A DNA stretch of 32,000 nt from Xanthomonas campestris pv. campestris str. ATCC 33913. GTDB taxonomy: Bacteria > Pseudomonadota > Gammaproteobacteria > Xanthomonadales > Xanthomonadaceae. Positions 1 to 6,320 of the stretch are shown in pieces. Below the pieces are notes generated by a model, which saw nothing but the letters and a program-made list of their open reading frames with translations, did no database searches and had not been told where the DNA came from. Position 1 is the stretch's first letter; each line of letters begins with the position of its first letter. Made by a program: the position numbers and the translations under genes. The DNA lies in NCBI RefSeq assembly GCF_000007145.1, contig NC_003902.1, positions 5,033,426 to 5,065,425 on the forward strand. The letters are read 5' to 3'.

Positions 1-321
1 CTCGCCGGTGCGCAGCTGCGCCTGGGTGCTTTCTTCGCGTGCCTTGCGGGCATCTTCGCCGAGCGCGTCGCGCAGCAGGTCCAGGCGCTGGTCGGTGCGG
101 GTGGAGAGCTCGGTGAGATTGCGCGCGAAGGTCTCCAGGCGGCCATCCTGCTGCCGCGCCAGGCCCTCGAGTTGTTCGCGTAGTTCGCCGCGGCCGTCGC
201 GTTGTTCGGCGCGCAGCGCCTGCTCCAGCCCGGTGGTGGAAGAGCGCCGCAGCAGCATGGCCAGCTGCAGCACGAAGACTGCGCACAGCAGCCCGATGAG
301 GATGAGGGATTCGGATGACAT
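1..321 (-). CDS. rmuC: RmuC-like DNA recombination protein, N-terminal part (gene continues beyond left edge)
   Basis: Not in the ORF track because there is no stop inside the window. My translation of the minus strand from ATG 321-319 stays open to position 1: MSSESLILIGLLCAVFVLQLAMLLRRSSTTGLEQALRAEQRDGRGELREQLEGLARQQDGRLETFARNLTELSTRTDQRLDLLRDALGEDARKAREESTQAQLRTGE. It has one N-terminal TM helix followed by a long charged coiled coil, which is the RmuC N-terminal architecture. The plus-strand ORF 8..334 is S/R-rich junk. The family call rests on recall of this architecture only. Confidence 0.5.
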   Translation of the reverse strand, partial: MSSESLILIGLLCAVFVLQLAMLLRRSSTTGLEQALRAEQRDGRGELREQLEGLARQQDGRLETFARNLTELSTRTDQRLDLLRDALGEDARKAREESTQAQLRTGE

Positions 322-485
322 GCGCGCAGTGTAGCGGTGCCGGTCGCAGCAGCTGCGTCAGTGGGTGGCCGGCTGCAGGGTCGGCGCAGTGGTTGCCTGA
401 TGGTCGGGAGGGCGCACGTGCTGGTTCGGGGTGAACTGCGTGGCGCGCGCTGGCGGTGCACTGCGACCTGCGCCGCACTGCACCC

Positions 486-518
486 GACCGACTGCGCGGC
501 TGCCACGCGCAGTCGGTC
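486..518 (-). terminator. Perfect 13-bp stem / 7-nt loop hairpin, possible terminator downstream of the oxidoreductase locus
   Basis: GACCGACTGCGCG-GCTGCCA-CGCGCAGTCGGTC read directly. No U-tract follows on either strand, so a terminator role is only a guess. Confidence 0.3.
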
Positions 519-714
519 CTTAGCGGGATTGATCGCAACACCACGCACAGACCGATGCCGCCATCCACACAGCGCGTGCCATCGCTCGCAATCCAGGCCT
601 CGTCACCGCAGCGCAGCCGCCGCCGACCTGGTGCCCGCCCTGCATCGCGCGAACGCGAGACGCGCTGTGGCGCCACGTCCCGCAGCGGCCACCGCCATCA
701 CCACTACCGCTCGC

Positions 715-949
715 TCAAAATCCCTCCAGCACCAGTTTGCCGCGGGTGCGATGCGATTCCAGCGCGGCTTGCGCAGCGCAGGTTATCCACCTTAATGCGG
801 CCGTCGTGCTCGCCCAGCGTCGTGCGCAGCACGCCGGACTCCACAAATGCGGCGACGCGGTTGAACAAGTGCTGCCGAGCGATCGTGTTATCGGTGGCGA
901 ACAGCGAGCCGGTGAAACATCAACGCCCCGTGCAGCACCCACCGCTCGT
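715..949 (-). pseudogene. Decayed tandem copy of the 3' end (about the last 75 codons) of the adjacent MDR oxidoreductase gene
   Basis: 715-949 aligns colinearly with 950-1184 (period 235 bp). Both begin TCAAAA(T/A)CC(C/T)TCCAGCACCAG. The copy keeps its own stop (715-717) and the tail ALESHRTRGKLVLEGF*. A 2-bp deletion (GCGCGGCTTGCGC--AGCGCAGG vs GCGCGGCGTGCGCGCGGCGCAGG) breaks the frame upstream of that tail. Confidence 0.8.
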
Positions 950-1957
950 TCAAAAACCTTCCAGCACCAGCTTGCCGCGGGTGCGGTGCGATTCCAGCGC
1001 GGCGTGCGCGCGGCGCAGGTTGTCCACGGTGATGCGGCCGTAGTGCTCGCCCAGCGTGGTGCGCAGTACACCGGACTCCACCAGCGCGGCGACACGGTTG
1101 AGCAGGTGGTGCTGGGCGATCATGTCGTCGGTGGCGAACAGCGAGCGGGTGAACATCAGTTCCCAGTGCAGCGACAGGCTCTTGCGCTTGAGCGGCAGCG
1201 CATCGAGCGTGGCGGGGTCGTCGATCAGCGCCAGCTGGCCTTGCGGGGCGAGCACCTCGACCAATTGCGCGAAGTGCTGGTCGGTATGGGTGAGGCTGGC
1301 CACATGTTGCACCTGGGCGATGCCGATGCGCTGCAGGCCGGCCGCCAGCGGCTCGGTGTGGTCGATCACATGGTGGGCGCCGAGCGCGTAGACCCAGTCC
1401 TGCGTCTGCGGGCGCGAGGCGGTGCCCACCACGGTGAGCTGGGTCAGCGCGCGTGCCAGTTGCACCAGGATCGAGCCGACCCCGCCGGCCGCGCCGACCA
1501 CCAGCAGGGTCTGGCCTGCGCCGCCGCCTTCAACAATGCCGAGCCGGTCGAACAGCAGTTCCCAGGCGGTGATGGCAGTCAGCGGCAACGCGGCGGCGGA
1601 TGCGTCGTCGAGCGTGGCGGGCTTGCGGCCGACCAGGCGCTCGTCCACCAGGTGGTATTCGGCATTGGTGCCGGGGCGGGTCAGCGCGCCGGCGTAGTAC
1701 ACCGCGTCGCCCGGCTGGAACAGGGTCACCTCGTCACCGACCGCATCGACCACGCCGCTGGCGTCCCAGCCCAGCACGCGGGGCGCCTCCACCGGCGCCG
1801 TGGCGCGCACCTTGGTGTCGACCGGGTTGACCGAAATGGCGTGGATGCGCACGCGCAGATCGCGTGGGCCGGGCGTGGGCAGTGGCAGGTCGAGCGCGAC
1901 CAGCGCGCGCGGGTCGTCGATGGGCAGGCCGTGTTGCGGGTAGGCGATGGCTTTCAT
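950..1957 (-). CDS. Zinc-binding alcohol dehydrogenase / quinone oxidoreductase family protein (MDR superfamily)
   Basis: ORF 950..2029. I prefer the ATG at 1957 (MKAIAYPQHGLPIDDP...). It shows an MDR layout: GroES-like N-terminus (VRIHAISVNPVDTKVR, GWDASGVV), a Rossmann motif (LLVVGAAGGVGSILVQLA), and the C-terminus ...RTRGKLVLEGF. Confidence 0.9.
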   Translation of the reverse strand: MKAIAYPQHGLPIDDPRALVALDLPLPTPGPRDLRVRIHAISVNPVDTKVRATAPVEAPRVLGWDASGVVDAVGDEVTLFQPGDAVYYAGALTRPGTNAEYHLVDERLVGRKPATLDDASAAALPLTAITAWELLFDRLGIVEGGGAGQTLLVVGAAGGVGSILVQLARALTQLTVVGTASRPQTQDWVYALGAHHVIDHTEPLAAGLQRIGIAQVQHVASLTHTDQHFAQLVEVLAPQGQLALIDDPATLDALPLKRKSLSLHWELMFTRSLFATDDMIAQHHLLNRVAALVESGVLRTTLGEHYGRITVDNLRRAHAALESHRTRGKLVLEGF

Positions 1958-2052
1958 GGTGGTGGCCGTGGGGCGAGGAGCTGCAGCGTGCGCCATCGCC
2001 ATTTCCGGAAAAACCGGCAAACTGCGCAAGCAGTTTCACTGCTGGAGAGAAG
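1958..2052. promoter_or_regulatory. Divergent promoter/operator region between the oxidoreductase and LysR genes
   Basis: This 95-bp gap separates divergent starts at 1957 and 2053, the classic LysR arrangement. It contains the dyads CCGG-AAAAA-CCGG (2005-2017) and GCAGT-TTC-ACTGC (2030-2042), plus the SD GGAGAGA (2044-2050). I found no clean T-N11-A box. Confidence 0.35.
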
Positions 2053-2973
2053 ATGGTCCGGTTCGATGATCTGGCGCTGTTCGTGCGCACCGCAGCGCTG
2101 GGCAGTTTTTCCAGTGCCGCGCGCGAGGCCGACCTGTTGCCGGGCCAGGCCAGTGCCGCAGTGGCCCGGCTGGAACGGGCGCTGGACCTGCGCCTGTTTG
2201 CACGCTCCACCCGCAGCCTGCGGCTCACCGCCGAGGGCGAGCAGTACCTGCCGTACGTGCGCCAGGTGTTGGAGTTGCTGCGCGATGGCCGCGAGCAGGT
2301 GCGCGGCGGCGACCAGGCGCTGCACGGGCTGCTGCAGGTGACCGCGCCGTCGGACCTGGGCCGCAACGTGCTGCTGCCGTGGCTGACCGCGTTCCGCGCG
2401 ACGCATCCACGGCTGACGCTGCGCCTGCACCTGTCCGACCAGGTGGCCGACCTGTACCGCGCGCCGGTGGATGTGGCGTTCCGGCTGGGGCGCATCGACG
2501 ACGCCGACCACGTGGCACTGCCGCTGGCGCCGGACAACCGCCGCGTGCTGGTGGCCGCACCGGATTATCTGCACCGGCATGGGCGGCCAAGCACGCTGGA
2601 GGCGCTGCGCGAGCACGCCTGTCTGCTGTACGTGCTGGCCGGGCGCCCGTACGACCGCTGGCAGTTCGAGGGTGATGGCCGCCGCCAGACCGTGCCGGTG
2701 CGTGGGGCGATGCTGTGCGACGACGCCGACGTCGTGCGGCGCTGGGCGGTGGCGGGCGAAGGCATCGCCTACAAGTCGTGGCTGGATGTCTGCGCCGATG
2801 TGCAGGCCGGGCGCCTGGAAGTGCTGCTGCCGGCCTACGGCGACCGGCTGCCATTGCAGCTGGTGTGCCCGCATCGCAAGCAGTTCTCGCCCGCCGTTCG
2901 CCAGTTGCATGCGGACTTCGCGCAGCGCTGCCAGGCGTTGACTGCGCTGTTGCCAGGTCTGCCGGCGAGCTGA
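2053..2973 (+). CDS. LysR-family transcriptional regulator
   Basis: ORF 1864..2973. I moved the start to ATG 2053 (MVRFDDLALFVRTAALGSFSSAAREADLLPGQASAAVARLERALDLRLFARSTRSLRLTAEGEQY), which gives a typical LysR wHTH followed by a substrate-binding domain. An SD lies just upstream. Confidence 0.9.
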   Translation: MVRFDDLALFVRTAALGSFSSAAREADLLPGQASAAVARLERALDLRLFARSTRSLRLTAEGEQYLPYVRQVLELLRDGREQVRGGDQALHGLLQVTAPSDLGRNVLLPWLTAFRATHPRLTLRLHLSDQVADLYRAPVDVAFRLGRIDDADHVALPLAPDNRRVLVAAPDYLHRHGRPSTLEALREHACLLYVLAGRPYDRWQFEGDGRRQTVPVRGAMLCDDADVVRRWAVAGEGIAYKSWLDVCADVQAGRLEVLLPAYGDRLPLQLVCPHRKQFSPAVRQLHADFAQRCQALTALLPGLPAS

Positions 2974-3046
2974 GCCACCACCGCGCGCACAGCGGCGCAC
3001 GCGGCCGCGTCCGTTGAAGGCATCCTCACCGTAGCCGCCCTAGCCT

Positions 3047-3307
3047 GTGTGCATGGTCACGCGCCGTCCTCCCTTGCTGCAGCGCTACGGCAACCGCGAT
3101 GGCGACTCCGGCGTGGTGGCCTATGCGGTTACCACCGGCGCGATCGCGGTGCAATTTCGCAGTGGCGAGACTTACGTGTATACCGACGCCAGTGCCGGCG
3201 CCGAGGCGATCGCCACCATGCAACGCCTGGCCGCGGACGGACGCGGATTGAGTACCTACATCAGCCAGCATGTGCGCGAGCGTTACGCCGGCAAACTTGA
3301 GCCTTAG
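3047..3307 (+). CDS. Small hypothetical protein, KTSC-domain-like
   Basis: 86-aa ORF (or start at ATG 3053). The pattern VVAYAVTTGAIAVQFRSGETYVYTDASAGAEAIATMQRLAADGRGLSTYISQHVRERY resembles the KTSC domain pattern (I.V.F..G..Y.Y...........G.Y....I...Y). Composition looks protein-like. The family call is from recall only. Confidence 0.5.
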   Translation: MCMVTRRPPLLQRYGNRDGDSGVVAYAVTTGAIAVQFRSGETYVYTDASAGAEAIATMQRLAADGRGLSTYISQHVRERYAGKLEP

Positions 3308-3694
3308 CAGTTCGACATGTGCCATGCACACTGGCGTGTTGCACCGCCATGCATGCGGTAACTCGAACGGCAACGCGACAGCAGCGCCACATCGCAACAT
3401 GTACGACACCGCCGCCATCGCGATGTCTGCGGGTCCATCGCATCGGCAGTACACAACAACCTGCATCCCATTGGGATTGGCCAACGATTTCAATGACGCA
3501 TCAACCGGCCACCAGCGCGATGGTGCTTGATGACGCAACCGCCTGTTTTTGCGCACATGCAGCGCCGACTGCATCGCAGTTGCACAAGCGGCCCGAAGCG
3601 ATGCTGCGAAGGCGCGGCATGCAGGCGCACGCGCATTGACCTCAACGTGACCTGCGCGCCGGTAGGCTGACGTTCTCACCTGCGAGGCTGCCTG

Positions 3695-4075
3695 ATGACC
3701 ACCGTCAAGACCCAAACCCGTTTGCTTGCCCTGGGCCTGTTCGCCTTTCTGGGTCTGTTTGGGGCGATCATCTGGTACCTGATGCGGCCGTATGGCACCG
3801 CGTATTTCTTCCCGGTGCATTTCCTGATCGGTGCGGCACTGCCGTTCTTGATCTATGCCATCGGCGCGACGCGGCTGTGGTTCTGGCTGGGCATGATCGT
3901 CACTGCGATCGTGCTGCTGTGGTTCAATTTCTGGGGCCACGATGCCAATGGCGCGGCGCCACGCGTGCTCGACTGGAGCCACTTTGCCGCCGGCGCGATC
4001 GGCCTGGCCAGCGCCTGGGCGGTGCAGTTGTTGTATCGGCGTGCACGTCCGCCGCATCGTCCGTCGATCGATTGA
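3695..4075 (+). CDS. Hypothetical integral membrane protein (about 4 TM helices)
   Basis: 126 aa, with the SD GAGG upstream. Strongly hydrophobic helices are visible (LLALGLFAFLGLFGAIIWYL, FLIGAALPFLIYAIGA, LWFWLGMIVTAIVLLWF, FAAGAIGLASAWAVQLL). I recognise no family. Confidence 0.7.
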   Translation: MTTVKTQTRLLALGLFAFLGLFGAIIWYLMRPYGTAYFFPVHFLIGAALPFLIYAIGATRLWFWLGMIVTAIVLLWFNFWGHDANGAAPRVLDWSHFAAGAIGLASAWAVQLLYRRARPPHRPSID

Positions 4076-4079
4076 GGGT

Positions 4080-4103
4080 GGCCGACACTGGCCAGTGTTG
4101 GCC
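4080..4103 (+). terminator. Hairpin immediately after the membrane-protein stop (candidate terminator)
   Basis: GGCCGACACTGG/CCAGTGTTGGCC is a near-perfect 24-nt palindrome (one G-U) starting 5 nt after the stop at 4075. It is followed by GGTGTCTTG, a weak U-tract. Confidence 0.4.
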
Positions 4104-4427
4104 GGTGTCTTGCAGCGCGCGCATCACCAACCAATCCGGTCGTCACTGTTGATGGCGATCACCCGCGTCGGCAGAGCATGCCGTGGAAACGGCCGCCGCC
4201 ATCCATTGCAAGACAGCTCGCACCACCGATGACGCGCCAGCGCTGATCACGCCGCAACGCCTCACGCGCAGCTGCATCGCCACCAGCCGCTGCGTTTCCA
4301 GCGCGTCGATCTAATTAACTCCGCGCTGCCACAGCCCGTGCCCGGCGTCGCGTGACCTTGGACCGATAGCTTTGCTGCGCCGCGTTGGGCGACACTCGGG
4401 AATTCTTTTGGTTCCTGCGAGGTCCCC

Positions 4428-5840
4428 ATGTCGTCTTGGCTCAGGCGCAAATCCATCGATCAGGTCACCGTGCACGAGGCCGGGCGGCAGCTGGTGCGCA
4501 GCCTGAGCTGGCCACACCTGATCGCGCTGGGCATCGGCGCGATCGTCGGCACCGGCATCTACACGCTGATCGGCGTGGGCGCGGACAAGGCCGGCCCGGC
4601 GGTGCTGCTCTCGTTTGTGGCCGCCGGTATCGTGTGCGCCTGCGCGGCGCTGGCGTATGCGGAGATGGCCACGATGATGCCGGCCGCCGGCAGCGCCTAC
4701 ACCTACAGCTACACCGCACTGGGCGAGAGCATCGCCTGGGTGGTGGGCTGGAGCCTGGTGCTGGAATATTCGCTGGTGGTGAGCACGGTGGCGGTGGGCT
4801 GGTCGGGCTATTTCGTCGGGTTCCTGCAGTGGTTGGGAGTCAATCTGCCGCATGCATTGATTGCCGGGCCGCACGCCGGCGGCATCGTGAACCTGCCGGC
4901 GGTGGTGATCACCTTCCTGGTGGCCGGCATGCTGATGGCCGGCACCAAGGAAAGCGCCACGCTCAATGCGGTGTTGGTGGTGCTGAAGATCATTGCGCTG
5001 GGCGTGTTCGTGGCGATCGCACTGCCGGCGTTCAACAGCGCCAACCTGCAGCCCTTCATGCCCTATGGCTTCTCCAAGGCGATGGGCCCGGATGGCGTGG
5101 AGCGCGGCGTGATGGCGGCGGCGATCATCTTCTTCGCGTTCTACGGGTTCGATGCGATCTCCACTGCGGCCGAAGAGACCAAGAACCCGGGGCGCGATCT
5201 GTCGATCGGCATCGTCGGTTCGATGATCGGTTGCACGCTGATCTATGTGCTGGTGGCGTTGTCGGCGGTGGGTGCGATGAGCTTCACCGTGTTCGGCAAG
5301 AGCCCCGAGCCGTTGGCGTTGATCCTGCGCGAGCTCGGCCATGGCAAGGCGGCGCTGGTGATCGGCGCGGTGGCGATCATCGCGCTGCCGACGGTGCTGC
5401 TGGCGTTCCTGTACGGGCAGAGCAGGATCTTCTTTGTGATGTCGCGCGACGGTCTGTTGCCGCGTGGCTTGTCCAAGGTCAATGCACGCACCGGCACGCC
5501 GGTGGCGATCACCTTGTTCACCGCGGTGCTGGTGGCCGCGTTGGCGGGCGTGGCGCGGCTGGACGAGATTGCCGCGCTGGCCAATGCCGGTACGTTGGCG
5601 GCGTTTACGGCGGTGGCGGCGTGTCTGCTGGTGTTGCGCGTGCGCGAACCCACCCGTGCGCGGGCGTTCCGCACGCCGCTGGCCTGGGTGGTGGGGCCGG
5701 TGGCGATCCTGGGCTGCCTGTATCTGTTCTGGAGCCTGCCGAGCACCACGCAGGGCTGGTTCCTGGTGTGGAACGCGCTGGGCGTGGTGGTCTACCTGGC
5801 CTACGGGCGGCGGAATAGTCGCTTGGGGAAGGTGGGGTAG
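4428..5840 (+). CDS. APC-superfamily amino acid permease
   Basis: 470 aa with about 12 TM helices. The N-terminal signature LVRSLSWPHLIALGIGAIVGTGIYTLIGVGADKAGPAVLLSFVAAGIVCACAALAYAEMATMMPAAGSAYTYSY is typical of amino acid/polyamine permeases. Confidence 0.9.
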   Translation: MSSWLRRKSIDQVTVHEAGRQLVRSLSWPHLIALGIGAIVGTGIYTLIGVGADKAGPAVLLSFVAAGIVCACAALAYAEMATMMPAAGSAYTYSYTALGESIAWVVGWSLVLEYSLVVSTVAVGWSGYFVGFLQWLGVNLPHALIAGPHAGGIVNLPAVVITFLVAGMLMAGTKESATLNAVLVVLKIIALGVFVAIALPAFNSANLQPFMPYGFSKAMGPDGVERGVMAAAIIFFAFYGFDAISTAAEETKNPGRDLSIGIVGSMIGCTLIYVLVALSAVGAMSFTVFGKSPEPLALILRELGHGKAALVIGAVAIIALPTVLLAFLYGQSRIFFVMSRDGLLPRGLSKVNARTGTPVAITLFTAVLVAALAGVARLDEIAALANAGTLAAFTAVAACLLVLRVREPTRARAFRTPLAWVVGPVAILGCLYLFWSLPSTTQGWFLVWNALGVVVYLAYGRRNSRLGKVG

Positions 5841-5842
5841 TT

Positions 5843-5890
5843 AGAGCGGCTAACAAAACATAGCGAGCAGTCGTTTTGATAGCTGCTCTT
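5843..5890. repeat. 48-bp palindromic element, intact copy (second, interrupted copy at 28518-28660)
   Basis: AGAGCGGCTAACAAAAC-ATAGCGAGCAGTC-GTTTTGATAGCTGCTCTT. The arms are imperfect inverted repeats. It starts 3 nt after the permease stop. Confidence 0.75.
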
Positions 5891-5891
5891 A

Positions 5892-6040
5892 CTTCTCCCG
5901 CCGGGAGAAGGTCTCCGTAGGGCGGATGAGGGGCGCCTCAGATATCTTTCAGTGCCAACGATGACGAACGCGTCGCCACGCGCCTTCAAGAGTGAATCAT
6001 CGATGGGAAGGTCTTGGCGGTAGCAGTGCTGTGCTGCGCG
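5892..6040. repeat. About 150-bp intergenic direct repeat, unit 1
   Basis: It starts with the hairpin CTTCTCCC-GCC-GGGAGAAG, then GGTCTCCGTAGGGCGGATGAGGGG ... GAACGCGTCGCCACGCGCCTTCAA ... ATCATCGATGG. It is colinear with unit 2. Confidence 0.75.
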
Positions 6041-6083
6041 GCTGCTATGAGTACTCCGCCGCCAAATGCAGGTGAGCTGTGCC

Positions 6084-6233
6084 CTTCTCCCACCGGGAGA
6101 AGGTGCCCGTAGGGCGGATGAGGGTGCGCCGCAGGTATCCACCGGCGACCAGCGATGAGGAACGCGTCGCCACGCGCCTTCAACCCTGCATCATCGATGG
6201 CGAAGGTTTAGCGGTGGAAGTCTGCTGCCGCGC
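6084..6233. repeat. About 150-bp intergenic direct repeat, unit 2
   Basis: CTTCTCCC-ACC-GGGAGAAG GTGCCCGTAGGGCGGATGAGGGT ... GAACGCGTCGCCACGCGCCTTCAA ... ATCATCGATGG. The period is 192 bp relative to unit 1. Confidence 0.75.
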
Positions 6234-6269
6234 GTGAGTCGGTGGCTTTGCCTCGTACCCTCACCCCAA

Positions 6270-6292
6270 CCCCTCTCCCGCAGGGAGAGGGG
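6270..6292 (-). terminator. REP-like GC hairpin 29 nt downstream of the GH92 stop (candidate terminator)
   Basis: CCCCTCTCCC-GCA-GGGAGAGGGG, a 10-bp perfect stem. It lies between the convergent permease and GH92 genes. Confidence 0.4.
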
Positions 6293-6320
6293 CTTTCATG
6301 CGTCGGCTTGATGCTTGCGG

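Noticed and set aside
3308-3694. A 387-bp intergenic gap, and the 350-bp gap at 4076-4427, examined for ncRNA or small genes (ORFs 3270..3530, 3319..3639, 3261..3443).
   Set aside because: The ORFs have no RBS and implausible composition, and I recognised no ncRNA motif. Only short CATCGC-type word repeats and a 5-bp helix around the permease RBS were seen, which is too weak to report.
737-4057. Overlapping long ORFs 737..2341(+), 1734..2537(-), 1954..3000(-), 2225..2854(-) and 3026..4057(-).
   Set aside because: They are alternative frames or antisense to the oxidoreductase, LysR, KTSC-like and membrane-protein genes. They have R/P/A-rich composition and no recognisable domains.
4311-5342. 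A 343-aa minus-strand ORF opposite the amino-acid permease, and likewise 24578..25579(-) opposite alx.
   Set aside because: These are H/R/D/Q-rich antisense translations of membrane-protein genes, and the sense-strand genes are unambiguous.
5801-6183. ORFs 5801..6142(-) and 5986..6183(-), which share the peptide KARGDAF(V/L)I.
   Set aside because: The shared peptide is just the translation of the two about 150-bp intergenic direct repeats. There is no RBS and no coding-like composition.
5892-6233. Possible CRISPR array, suggested by repeated units containing hairpins.
   Set aside because: There are only two copies. The units are about 150 bp and diverged, no short unique spacers alternate with conserved 25-40-bp repeats, and no cas genes are present.
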